Positions 53,991 to 64,000 of a stretch of 64,000 nt of DNA are shown in pieces; positions within the stretch are counted from its first letter, which is position 1; each line of letters begins with the position of its first letter. The translations under genes and the position numbers were made by a program. The notes under the pieces are model-generated. The model worked only from the letters and a program-made list of their open reading frames with translations. It searched no databases and was not told where the DNA came from. Source of the DNA: an uncultured delta proteobacterium (lineage in GTDB: Bacteria; Desulfobacterota; Binatia; UBA9968); contig CAVUVW010000010.1 of NCBI GenBank assembly GCA_963745035.1, positions 1-64,000 on the forward strand, in the 5' to 3' direction.

Positions 53991-54926
53991 TCAACGGCCT
54001 AATGACATATCTCTGATCAGCGTGTCGATGAAGCCTTCGTCGTCGAGCTCCTTCACCCAATGGAGATCCCAGAGAGCGAGCGGATTCAATCCCTGGGCGC
54101 CGTATTCGTCGCAGGCGATCTCATAGGTGGCGGCCAGGGCCTGCGGGGTCGGATACGGCTTGATCTGGAGCTTCCCGACGATGGCGTCGAAGTGCTTCTC
54201 CATCTCGTGCGCGTCACTGATTTCCATGCGCCGCATCGGCTCTGCCGTGACGACTCTCATGGCTTCCTCTTTGCGATGCTTCATCCAACAAATGCCGTGA
54301 ATGACCGCCTTCACATAATTTTTTAATACCGCGGATTTCTTGCGCGCGAACTCGGCGGTGCACGCCTGGGCGTAATGGCTCACCACGGCAAGATCGGGAA
54401 CCGGGAGAATTTTTAATCCGGCTTTCAAGGGCTCCGCCTGGTAGAGCGGATCCATGAAGCAAGCGATGCATTCGCCGCTGGCGACTTTCTTCCACTGCCC
54501 CCATCGGCCCACGTCCGCGTCCTTGAAGATGGGAACTCCCACTTTGCCTTCCAGTCCCATCATCCTCAGCCAGAGCGTGATCGCAAAAGGCCGGCCCGAA
54601 TCCCGGACCGCCATGTTCTTGCCGACGAATTCGCTCGCGTTGTCGACGTGCTGGGGCACCATCAAATCCAAACCGCGGACGATGCGGGGGGCGCAGAAGA
54701 AAGTAATTTTCTTCCCCTTGGCCGCTTCGGCGTAAAGAAATTCCACGTGATCGATCAACACGTCGGCCGAATCGTCGAACAGCGAAGCTTCGAACTCGGC
54801 ATAAGGTTTGATCTTCAAAACCTCGACGTCGATACCATAATGCTTCGCGCCCATTTCCTTGATGCAATAGATGACCGGAGTTCGATCATCGTCGCGATAG
54901 GCGACTCTTACAGTGTCCATGGACAT
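53991..54926 (-). CDS. Substrate-binding-like protein (NMT1 fold)
   Basis: KPYPT, LWDLHWVKELDDEGFID C-terminus typical of this family. Confidence 0.65.
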   Translation of the reverse strand: MSMDTVRVAYRDDDRTPVIYCIKEMGAKHYGIDVEVLKIKPYAEFEASLFDDSADVLIDHVEFLYAEAAKGKKITFFCAPRIVRGLDLMVPQHVDNASEFVGKNMAVRDSGRPFAITLWLRMMGLEGKVGVPIFKDADVGRWGQWKKVASGECIACFMDPLYQAEPLKAGLKILPVPDLAVVSHYAQACTAEFARKKSAVLKNYVKAVIHGICWMKHRKEEAMRVVTAEPMRRMEISDAHEMEKHFDAIVGKLQIKPYPTPQALAATYEIACDEYGAQGLNPLALWDLHWVKELDDEGFIDTLIRDMSLGR

Positions 54927-54968
54927 TAACCTCTCTGCCGCAGGTGTAATCGACTTAGTATTGTCCGC

Positions 54969-56294
54969 TCAGGAGTTTGGCTTTACTCCAACGGCGCAGT
55001 GGAACGGCTGCGCGATAAAGTACGTTCCGTCCGCGACCGCTTGCGCCATGGCCGCGTGCCATACTCGTGTTTCCTCGGCCGTGAGGGCGCCGAGAATGGC
55101 GCCATGCGTAAATTGCGCACGCGGCGTAGCGGTGTCCGCGGAGGTGGCAAGTTGAGGCCACGTCTGTACGCTTGTGAGCCCCGAGCCGCGAAAACGCCGG
55201 TAGAGACTGGCATCGGCGCACCCCTGGGCGCCCACGAAGCCGCGCGGAATTTGCACTTTGGTTTTTAGCTCGGGGCTTAAGGGGAGATTCACCACCAATG
55301 GGATATCGATCGCCCGCGTTATCACAGCTACGCGTCCGCCGGGTTTTGTGACCCTGATCAATTCGGCGAGCATGCGGTCCGCGTTTCCCTCTTCGAGCAC
55401 CGTAAACGATAGCGCGACGTCGACGTGATCGTCGCCAAAGGGGAGAGCCTCGGCATCTCCTTCTTGAAAGGTAATTACATCCGCGAGATCCTCCTGAAGT
55501 GCAAGCGACTTTGCTTCGCGGAGGAGATATGGATTGACGTCGACGCCGACGATGCGATTGTTCCGGACCGTGTGACGGGCGAGCCATCGATCCAGCACAC
55601 CCGACCCGCACCCGACCTCGAGGATGACTTCGCCTGGGCGTGGTTGCGCCAAATCGATCGAGCGCTGTACGACGCTGAGATAGCCGCCTGGGCGCCCGCG
55701 CGATTCGAGCATCGCGAGAAAACCCAGTTCAGGACCGCCGAGCGTAACCGTGCGGCAGCGCGCGCTGAGGCTGGACAGCAGAGGGTCCCATTGAGACGCC
55801 GCCAAACTCAGCGGCAGCAGAACGAGCGGCGGGCCGCCGCCTTGAGCGTGATATGTAATGCCTGCGATCTCACCTTGAACGTCGGCGGACACGGTTCCGT
55901 CATTCTGCGGTTGCTCTCTCTTTAGGAAGCGAAGCAAGGCGCTCTCGATGTCCGCGCGGCAGTCGGCGACAGGGTCCGCCCACGGCGGACTGAAATAACC
56001 GGTGAGCCAAACTACCGCGGCCTCCGGAAGGTTTGTGACCGCCTCGCGCACCATGGCCGCGGGGCGTCCCTGATCGCCCGCGATGATCAGCAGCCGGCTG
56101 CCCAATGCGCGGAGACCTGGATCGAGACGCGGCGGACAGACGAGGGTCAGCGATGCGATTCGCTCCGAGTAAGCCTCGGCAAATCCCGTGACGTCCGCCA
56201 GCATGGAAGCCGCGAAGTGAGCGCGCTCGATTGCCAGATGATCGAGCACCTGGGCAAGACGGTCAGCGACGGCAATGTTCGCTTCTGTTGTCAT
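54969..56294 (-). CDS. Alpha/beta-hydrolase-like plus class I SAM methyltransferase fusion
   Basis: LEVGCGSG, GDAEALPF, RVTKPGG; N-terminal AHFAASM...SLTLVCP. Confidence 0.78.
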   Translation of the reverse strand: MTTEANIAVADRLAQVLDHLAIERAHFAASMLADVTGFAEAYSERIASLTLVCPPRLDPGLRALGSRLLIIAGDQGRPAAMVREAVTNLPEAAVVWLTGYFSPPWADPVADCRADIESALLRFLKREQPQNDGTVSADVQGEIAGITYHAQGGGPPLVLLPLSLAASQWDPLLSSLSARCRTVTLGGPELGFLAMLESRGRPGGYLSVVQRSIDLAQPRPGEVILEVGCGSGVLDRWLARHTVRNNRIVGVDVNPYLLREAKSLALQEDLADVITFQEGDAEALPFGDDHVDVALSFTVLEEGNADRMLAELIRVTKPGGRVAVITRAIDIPLVVNLPLSPELKTKVQIPRGFVGAQGCADASLYRRFRGSGLTSVQTWPQLATSADTATPRAQFTHGAILGALTAEETRVWHAAMAQAVADGTYFIAQPFHCAVGVKPNS

Positions 56295-56392
56295 CGGCGC
56301 ACCTCCTGCTTGCGACTGCGCGGCACAGAAAAAGGTCTAACGGTGTCGGTAGGCGGCCTTTTGCTCTATGCACCGGCGTCATCTCGAAACGA

Positions 56393-57211
56393 TTAAATCT
56401 CGACAATGATCACGTGTGCCTGGATCTTGCCGTCCACGGCTCCACGCCCGAACCGGTGGGCGATGGCTTCAGTGGCGACATCGGTTGTTTCCTCAAGCCG
56501 TGAGGCAGCCCTTGCTTCGATCTCGTTTCGCAGGGGCGTCCCCTGGCAGTAGGCGATGGCTGGAATCCGCGATGATTCGGCGCGACTGCGAGCGGCCACG
56601 GTGACGATCTGTGGCCGCGCAGTGAATCCGCCATTCTTTAGGTCACGCTCGATGGTTTCGTGATCGTAGTATCCATGCGGGGTGCGGACAAGGAATCTCG
56701 GTGGGGCGTCGGGAAAGACGCTTTCGAGCGCGGTTGTCACGGTATCGGCAAAGTCGTTTTCTTCGATCCTATCCCAGACGTTGAACATGAAAATGCCGCC
56801 TGAGCGCAGCACTCGCCGCGCTTCCGCATACGCCTTTGACTTTTCGGGCAAGAACATCAGGCCGAACTGGCACACTACGGCGTCAAACGTCTCGCCTTCG
56901 AACGGAAGTTGCATGGCATTTGCCTGGCGCCACTCGACCACGCGCTGCGTCCCCATCGCAGCCGCATAGTCGAGCATCGGTTGATTCAGGTCTGTGGCCA
57001 CGATGGACACATTCTCGGGCAGCACGGCTGCCATAGCGCGCGTAACGACGCCGGTCCCGGCCGCGATTTCGAGTACCCGAGAGAGGCGTCGTCCGGCGAG
57101 TCGATGCGCGAGGTCCGCTGCATAGGGCTCGAAGATCAGCGGAACCAAATACCTATCGTAGAGTTCCGGAATCGAACCGGCGAAGACTTTGTCGGTATCT
57201 TCCCTGCTCAT
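56393..57211 (-). CDS. Class I SAM methyltransferase
   Basis: LEIAAGTG, DLNQPML, FDAVVCQFG. Confidence 0.92.
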   Translation of the reverse strand: MSREDTDKVFAGSIPELYDRYLVPLIFEPYAADLAHRLAGRRLSRVLEIAAGTGVVTRAMAAVLPENVSIVATDLNQPMLDYAAAMGTQRVVEWRQANAMQLPFEGETFDAVVCQFGLMFLPEKSKAYAEARRVLRSGGIFMFNVWDRIEENDFADTVTTALESVFPDAPPRFLVRTPHGYYDHETIERDLKNGGFTARPQIVTVAARSRAESSRIPAIAYCQGTPLRNEIEARAASRLEETTDVATEAIAHRFGRGAVDGKIQAHVIIVEI

Positions 57212-57216
57212 GAGAG

Positions 57217-57492
57217 TCACGCTTTGGTGCGAAACCGGCGGGACAAAAACCAGGCGGCGCCGGCCGGCACTCCGAAGACGACGACGTGCACGGCGAGTTC
57301 GGTCAGCACGGAGTAGCCGGCAACGAAGACACCGATGAAGAAATTGACGATGGACGCCGCCAACCAGATCCAAACGAACACGCGGGCGCCGTCCACGGGC
57401 GCCCGCGTCTTGCGCTGATTGAGTTGGGCGGCGACGAAGACGAACAGAGACAGAAGAATAAGGCCGATCACCGTGATTCTAAGCGTGTGCAT
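57217..57492 (-). CDS. Small three-helix membrane protein
   Basis: Three hydrophobic segments, AGYSVLTEL. Confidence 0.7.
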   Translation of the reverse strand: MHTLRITVIGLILLSLFVFVAAQLNQRKTRAPVDGARVFVWIWLAASIVNFFIGVFVAGYSVLTELAVHVVVFGVPAGAAWFLSRRFRTKA

Positions 57493-57671
57493 TGTAGCTG
57501 TCCGTTAGCAGGCTGTTGAAAAAGGTCACCTGCTTCGTTGCGTTCGATCGCCTCGCTGCCACATCAGGCAAAAGGCAGTAGGCAACAGGCAACAGGGAAA
57601 CATCCCAGTGGAACTTGTTTTTAAGCCGGTCACTTCGAGAGCGCACAGTTTTGCCTCGAGCCTGTCCTGAG

Positions 57672-59097
57672 ACTTGTATGATGGATGTCGGCTCTGAACC
57701 GGGAGTGCTCTGCTACAATGCCCGAAACGCCAAAGGCATTGTGCAAGGAGGCACTCAGCATGGGACACAAAGCGTTTATACCACAAGAGTACGATGTGTT
57801 TGCGGGCTTGGACGTAGATAAAAGAAGCATCTCGGTGACCTTTAGCAACCATCAGCAAGGATTTGTCCGATCGTTGCACATGCCGTACAGCGTGGAGCAC
57901 TTGCTCAAGCACGTACGCAAGCATTATCCCGATCAGAAGGTTGCGTTTGTCTATGAAGCTGGACCGACGGGGTATGGATTGTATGATGGGCTTTCGGCCC
58001 AGGGGTATAACTGCTTGGTGGCGGCACCTTCGATGATCCCTCGAGCTCCCGGGCAAAGAGTCAAAACCAATCGCCTCGACAGCCGAGGGTTGTCGGAGAG
58101 CTTGCGCGGTGGACAGTTGAAGAGCATTCACGTGCCTTCGCCCATTTATCGAGAGCTTCGCCATCTCACCCAGCTGCGCGACACCTTGGTCAGTGAAGTG
58201 GCGGGGATGAAGCAGCGGATTCAATCGCTGTTGCTGTTTGAGGGGATCGCTTTCCCAGCGGCTCCCGCTGGGAGCCGCTGGTCTTTGAAAGTGAAGAGCC
58301 AACTGAGGAAACTTCAGTGCTCTAAGAGCATGCGCTTTAAACTCGATCAGTTGCTCGACAACGTGGAGTTTTCTGAGAAGCAGGTCGTGAAAGTGACCAA
58401 AGAGATTCGCAAGCTCTGTCAGAACGATCCTGAACTGGCGCAGTGCATGAAGTATATGATGAGCGTTTGTGGCATCGGCTGGATTGTGGCCAGTCAGCTC
58501 CTGGCTCGTATCGGTGATTGGCGGGAACTTAAAAACGTGCGTCAGCTGGCAGGGTTTTTGGGGCTGGTTCCGAGTGAGGACTCTACGGGAGAGAAAACCG
58601 ATCGAGGCTCGATCACCCGCACGGGACATGGCCGCCTGAGGAGTAAACTCATCCAAGCGGCCTGGTCGGCGATTCGCCAAGATGGTGAACTTCGGGAGTT
58701 TTACAGTTCGGTATGCCGCAGACACCCGCGGCATATGGGTCCGCGAGTCGCCATCGTCGCCGTGGCGCGCAAGCTCAGCACCCGGATTGCTGCGGTGTTG
58801 ATGGAACAACGGCCCTATGTGATGAGACAGAAAAAGTTCATTCAGCTCCTTTGACCCAAGAGGAGACATCGCCCCAGGGAACGGCTCGACGACTTTGAGA
58901 ACCGGGAGAAAGAAACTCCTGACGGTTCGATCCTTGAGACAGAGATCCCGGGGCTTTGTGCCTTAGAGAGGGGCGCATTTTAAGTCAGTGTGACGGCCGG
59001 GTGCCGTGCCACGCATAGCAGCAAGTCTCTCTTGGCCGGGAAAGAAGAAGGGATAAACTAAGAGCATTCGCGGTGTAGCGACTTGACATCCACATAG
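57672..59097 (+). mobile_element. IS110 (IS1111-like) element
   Basis: Subterminal IR GGATGTC (57683) / GACATCC (59085); about 240-bp 3' non-coding end; exact ends uncertain. Confidence 0.72.
57760..58854 (+). CDS. IS110 family recombinase
   Basis: GLDVDK, YEAGPTG, KTNRLD, GLVPSEDSTG, VAVARKL; AAGGAGG RBS. Confidence 0.95.
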   Translation: MGHKAFIPQEYDVFAGLDVDKRSISVTFSNHQQGFVRSLHMPYSVEHLLKHVRKHYPDQKVAFVYEAGPTGYGLYDGLSAQGYNCLVAAPSMIPRAPGQRVKTNRLDSRGLSESLRGGQLKSIHVPSPIYRELRHLTQLRDTLVSEVAGMKQRIQSLLLFEGIAFPAAPAGSRWSLKVKSQLRKLQCSKSMRFKLDQLLDNVEFSEKQVVKVTKEIRKLCQNDPELAQCMKYMMSVCGIGWIVASQLLARIGDWRELKNVRQLAGFLGLVPSEDSTGEKTDRGSITRTGHGRLRSKLIQAAWSAIRQDGELREFYSSVCRRHPRHMGPRVAIVAVARKLSTRIAAVLMEQRPYVMRQKKFIQLL

Positions 59098-59208
59098 CAG
59101 CAAAGTCGAAGGATCGATTTCTCGCGCGCCTCGCATCTGGAACTTTTGAACAGCCTGGAATCAGAGTTTTTCAACAGTCTGTTAGGGTCTGTCGCACTAG
59201 GCCAACCA

Positions 59209-60390
59209 TCACACGAGCTTCACGGTCAACGGGTTGTACGAGTAGAGCCACGCGTTTCGATCGGCGCCTTCGTCGCGCGCGGCGAACACTTGGCGGAGCT
59301 TCGGCTGGTCGCGCATGTGGAACAAAGTGCGGTTGGCATCCGATCCTTTAACGATGCGCGAGGTGCGCGGGATGCGGTTGCGCTCGTAGAGCTTGAGAGC
59401 CTCGGCAGCGTCGTCCGTCGCTTGCAAGGCGCGGGTAAGGACGGCGGCGTCTTCGATCGCCATACATGCGCCCTGGGCGAGGTAGGGCAAAGTCGCGTGG
59501 ACCGCGTCGCCGAGCAAAGTCGCGCGCCGGGTGCTCCAGCTCGCGATCGGCGGGCGATAGTAGAGCGACCAGCGAAAGCACGAGTCTTTATCGACCCGAT
59601 CGATGACCGTCTGGATGTCGGGATGCCAACCGACGAAATCGGCCTTGAGCCGCTCCCACGGAAACTTGGCGGTCCACGATTCTTCGGAGATCTCTTCGGT
59701 TTCCACCAGCCCGACGAAATTGAGCAAAGCCCCCGCGCGGAGATAATAGCAGACCACGTGCGCTCCGGGCCCCATCCACACCGACATGACTTGACCCATG
59801 AAGTTGTCGGGCAACTGATCGGTGGGAAGCGTCAGCCGCCAGGCGGCATCGCCGGTGTATGCGGCATGGTCCGCGCCTGCGATCTGCGCGCGCACCGCGG
59901 ACTTGACGCCGTCCGCGCCGATCAACAGGTCACCTTTGGCCGCGGAGCCGTCGGCGAAGCGAAGCTCGACCCCGGCCGCGGTTTCTGCGAAGCCGACGAC
60001 CCGGCGGTTGAGGCGCACGACGTTCTTGTCGAAGTCCCGCGCCCTGGCGGCGAGCACATCGTGAAGGTCGGCGCGGTGAAGTTGATTGTACGGCGCGCCG
60101 TTCAGCCTCTCGTGCTCGGCGGCGAGCGGAAACTGGCCGATGACCTCACCGATATCGTGAAGTCGAAAGACATAGGCGCCGGGCCGGACCGAAAGCTTGG
60201 CGATGGTCTCGCCAAGCCCGAGGTGGTTGAGCACGTGCATGGCATTGGCGCTCAGTTGTATGCCGGCGCCGATCTCGCTCAGCTCCGGCGCCTGCTCATA
60301 GATCTCGACCTCGTAGCCCGCCTTCATGAGGCAGGAAGCCGCCGTCAGGCCGCCGATGCCGGCGCCGGCGATCAGAATCTTTTTGACCAT
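59209..60390 (-). CDS. FAD-dependent monooxygenase (salicylate hydroxylase-like)
   Basis: GAGIGG, GADGVKS, LLGDAVH...AQGACMAIED. Confidence 0.93.
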   Translation of the reverse strand: MVKKILIAGAGIGGLTAASCLMKAGYEVEIYEQAPELSEIGAGIQLSANAMHVLNHLGLGETIAKLSVRPGAYVFRLHDIGEVIGQFPLAAEHERLNGAPYNQLHRADLHDVLAARARDFDKNVVRLNRRVVGFAETAAGVELRFADGSAAKGDLLIGADGVKSAVRAQIAGADHAAYTGDAAWRLTLPTDQLPDNFMGQVMSVWMGPGAHVVCYYLRAGALLNFVGLVETEEISEESWTAKFPWERLKADFVGWHPDIQTVIDRVDKDSCFRWSLYYRPPIASWSTRRATLLGDAVHATLPYLAQGACMAIEDAAVLTRALQATDDAAEALKLYERNRIPRTSRIVKGSDANRTLFHMRDQPKLRQVFAARDEGADRNAWLYSYNPLTVKLV

Positions 60391-60566
60391 GAGAATGAAT
60401 CGGCCATCGCAAGATGAGAAAAATCTTCCGGCCACACAATACTAATTCCGGCTATTCAAAGCGAGCCGCGCCCGCCGTCGGAAAAAAAGGAAATTTGTGT
60501 TCTTGCTCGACGGAAGCGAACGGGAGTAGATTGTCGGCAAATCGATTTCGAAGATACGGAGACGCC

Positions 60567-61694
60567 ATGGCAACGCAATTTCGAGCGGACAATATCGGCA
60601 GCTTGCTGAGACCGGCGGAGTTGCTGGAGGCGCGGGCGGCGCTGCGCGAAGGGCGCATGGATGAGAGGCAAGTGCGCGAGATCGAGGATCGCTCGATCCT
60701 CAAGGCGCTGGAGATGCAGAAGGGTGCCGGCGTGCAGATCTTCACCGACGGCGAGTATCGACGCGATATTTTTACCGCCGATCTCACCAAGGCGATGGAC
60801 GGTCTCGTGCCCGGCAAGCCGGTGGTGAAATTCGAATGGCGCGGCAAAGGAAAGGAGCTTGCCGAGGAATCCAAGGAAGGCAATCTCCAGTACATCGTCG
60901 GCGGCAAGCTGCGCAAGAAAGGGCGCTTCACGCCCAACGAAGCGCCGTTTTTGAAGCAGCATGCGCCGGGGCCGTTCAAGGTGTGCACGCCGGCGGCGAT
61001 GCAGCACGCGATCATGCGCTATCGGCCCGGCGTCTCGGATAAGTTCTATCCGACCGTGCATGAAATGCTGCAGGACGTGGCCGCGATCATGCGCGAAGAG
61101 GTGCAGGCGCTGATCGACGAAGGCGCATCGTACGTTCAACTGGATGCGCCGTCCTATTCCAACTTTTTCGATCCAAACCGGCGGGAAGTGCTCAAGCAGA
61201 GCGGGATCAACTTGGACGAAGCGCTCGATGCCGCGATCGCCGCGGACAACGCGATGATCGCGGGCATCAAGCGAGATCCCGGCGTCGTGATCGGCATCCA
61301 TTTTTGCCGCGGCAACAAGCGCAGCGCCTGGGGCGCGGAAGGGAGCTATGAGCCGATCGCCGAGAAGGCTTTCGGATCGCTCAAAATGGATCGCTATCTG
61401 CTCGAGTTCGACAGCGAGCGCGCCGGCGGATTCGAGCCGCTGCGATTCGTTCCCAAGGGGAAGACCGTGGTGCTCGGGCTGATCACCACGAAAGAACCGG
61501 AGTTGGAATCCGCGGATGAGATGCTGCGGCGCATCGAATGGCTGCCAAGTATGTCCCGATGGAGAATCTTGCCGCTCAGCACGCAATGCGGCTTTGCGTC
61601 AGCCGCTTCCGGCAACCTGATCTCGTGGGACGACATGCGGCGCAAGCTGGAACTGGTTGCGGCGGTGGCGCGGCGGGCTTGGGATAAGAATTAA
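60567..61694 (+). CDS. Cobalamin-independent methionine synthase II family protein
   Basis: GSLLRP, TDGEYRR, HFCRGN, QCGFAS; compensating frameshifts near 61540-61575. Confidence 0.92.
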   Translation: MATQFRADNIGSLLRPAELLEARAALREGRMDERQVREIEDRSILKALEMQKGAGVQIFTDGEYRRDIFTADLTKAMDGLVPGKPVVKFEWRGKGKELAEESKEGNLQYIVGGKLRKKGRFTPNEAPFLKQHAPGPFKVCTPAAMQHAIMRYRPGVSDKFYPTVHEMLQDVAAIMREEVQALIDEGASYVQLDAPSYSNFFDPNRREVLKQSGINLDEALDAAIAADNAMIAGIKRDPGVVIGIHFCRGNKRSAWGAEGSYEPIAEKAFGSLKMDRYLLEFDSERAGGFEPLRFVPKGKTVVLGLITTKEPELESADEMLRRIEWLPSMSRWRILPLSTQCGFASAASGNLISWDDMRRKLELVAAVARRAWDKN

Positions 61695-61697
61695 CGT

Positions 61698-61731
61698 GTT
61701 CAAATCGTTCAAGCCGTTCAAAACGTTCAAG
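61698..61731 (+). repeat. 9-mer tandem repeat (GTTCAARNC) x4
   Basis: gttcaaatc gttcaagcc gttcaaaac gttcaag. Confidence 0.7.
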
Positions 61732-61907
61732 CCTCCACCTCAATCGTCCTCCGCGCGGCGCGGGGGATGACGGGGGCTTTAGGGTGAAGTGTAGGTATGC
61801 ATGTTCCGCATCGCTGGACAATCCGCATGCGTTCCGGTTTAAGAAAAAGATCGAAATGCGGCGTTGCCGCAGGAAATTTACATTACGAACAAGTGGGAGG
61901 AAATTAG

Positions 61908-64000
61908 ATGACGCAGGTGGTTGGCAGACCGACGCCGAGAGTCGAGGGCGAGCTTAAAGTCACGGGCAAAGCGCTTTACAGCGCGGATTTGAACCTGCCG
62001 AATATCTTGTGGGGCAGGTGTTTGCGCAGCCCGATTCCGTACGGCCGCATTCGGCGGATCGATACCAGCAAAGCGTCCCAGGTGCCGGGAGTGAAGGCGG
62101 TGATCACCGGACAGGATGTCGCGGGACTGCGGATCGGCCGGTGCATTTACGATACGCCGGTTTTGGCGGATGGCGTGGTCCGTTTTATCGGCGAGAAAGG
62201 TTGCGGCGGTGGCGGCGGAAACGAGATTGGCCGCCGAGCAGGCGCTCGAATTGATCGAAGTCGAGTACGAAGAGATCGAGCCGCTGCTCGATCCGGTGGA
62301 AGCGGTGCAAGCCCGGATGCGCCGGTGCTGCATCCGGATTTGCTTACTTACAAAGGACTGCCGGTTCCGCTCGACAGCGTCAGTAATGTGGTCGCTTATC
62401 TCAAGTGGGGCAAGGGAAATCTCGAAGAAGGCTTCCGGCAGGCCGATCTCGTGGTCGAGAATACGTTCACGACTCAGGTGACCCATCAGTCCTATTTGGA
62501 ACCGCACGCCTGCGTGGTGAAGGCGGAAGCGTCGGGCGGCGCCGAAGTTTGGTCATGCAGCAAGACGCCGTTCGCCGTGCGCGGGCAATTGTCGAACTGC
62601 ATCGGCATCGCCAAGGAAAAGCTGGTCTTTCATCCGATGCACATCGGCGGCGACTTCGGCGGCAAGGGCGGTTTCATGGACGTGCCGGTTGCCTATTTTC
62701 TTGTCCAAGAAAAGCGGCCAGGCGGTCAAGATGGTGATGGACTACACGGAAGAATTGACCGCCGGCAATCCGCGCCATGCCTCGATCATCAAGATCAAAA
62801 CCGGCGTCAAGAAAGACGGGACCATCGTCGCGCACCACATCGACTTTCTCTTCGACAGCGGCGCGCTACGCGTCGATGAAGCCGGCGGGCTATTTGATCG
62901 GCGCGTCGACTTGCGCCGGGCCGTACAAGATCGCCAACTGCTTGATCGAAGAGCGCATGGTTTACACGAACAAGATTCCGTGCGGTCACATGCGCGCGCC
63001 GGGCGATCCGCAGGGGTTTTTCGCCAACGAGAGCCAGCTCGACATCGTCGCGCGCAAGCTCGGCATGGATCCCGCGGAGTTCAAGCGCAAGAACATGCTG
63101 CGCGACGGCGACGAAACGCCGATCGGCGGCCACATCTCGCATATCCGCGGCAAGGAAGCGCTGGAAAAAGCGATACAGCTCGCCGGCTACGACAAACCAA
63201 AACCGAAGAACGTCGGCCGCGGGTTGTCGTTTTCGGAATGGAGCCCGAGCGGCGGCGAAGGCAACGTGTTCGTCACCATCGAAGAAGACGGCGGGGTCAA
63301 AGTCATTTCTCCGGTAGTCGACCAGGGCGCCGGCGTGCTTACGGTGATCGTCGAGGTCGTCGGCGAGGAATTGCAAGTACCGGCAAGATCAAATCGAGCT
63401 AAAGCAGGTCGACAGCACCATCGTGCCGAGCGACGGCGGGGTCGGCGGCAGCCGGGCGACGCGGGTTTACGGCAACGCTTCCTACGAAGCGGGCATAAAG
63501 GCGCGCGAAGAGCTCTTTGCCTTCGCGGCGCAATCGCTCGAGGTCGATCCCAAGGAATTGGAGCTCGACAATGGCATCATCTCGCACAAGAAATCCAAGC
63601 GCAAAATGAGCTTCGCCGACGTGGTGAAGTTCAAAGGCGCGCCGATCTACGTGCGCGGCTATTACAAGAGCACCGAGAAATCCCACGACGCTTCAGTGTC
63701 GGCGCAAATCGCCGAGGTCCACGTCGATCCGGACACCGGCAAGGTGACGTTGCGCAATATGGTCTCGGCGCACACGACCGGCAAGGTCATCAATCCGCTC
63801 ATGCATCAAGGACAGATCGACGGCGGCGTAGTGTTCGGTCTCGGCTACGCGCTCACGGAAGAAGTGCTTTTCGACGGCGCCAGGATCACCACGTCGAACT
63901 TGGGCGAATTCAAGATTCCCAACATCATGGATATCCCGCCGCTGAAGACCGACGTCATGGAAAACGTGCCGGCGGGGCCGGGGCCGTACAACAGCCTGGC
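61908..64000 (+). CDS. Xanthine dehydrogenase-family molybdopterin subunit (several frameshifts; runs off the window)
   Basis: KVTGKALY, HQSYLEPH, GGDFGGKG, MRAPG, GQIDGG. Confidence 0.88.

Overview
GC-rich bacterial window whose backbone (many orphan solute-binding proteins, Rieske oxygenase, amidohydrolase, CoA-transferase, xanthine dehydrogenase-family genes) resembles an environmental deltaproteobacterial-type genome; this taxonomy is an impression only. From about 11.8 kb to 59 kb it is a mosaic of unrelated single genes. Between them sit recurring stacks of 5'-truncated gene 3' ends, almost all on the minus strand. These are diverged copies of a DedA-rhodanese, a Rieske oxygenase, a class II aldolase and a TctC, interleaved with GATAATG heptamers and GGGGTC/GACCCC end motifs like those flanking a resident RAYT-type HUH transposase. 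The window also holds two integrase-less integron cassette arrays with attC sites, two adjacent candidate selenoprotein genes (in-frame TGA plus SECIS-like hairpin), an AIPR plus CHAT-like pair, three toxin-antitoxin modules, an IS110, IS1182 remnants and split MITEs. Many single-base frameshifts suggest consensus sequencing errors. No rRNA, intact tRNA, CRISPR array, integron integrase or reverse transcriptase was found. Family calls come from motif recognition, not database searches.
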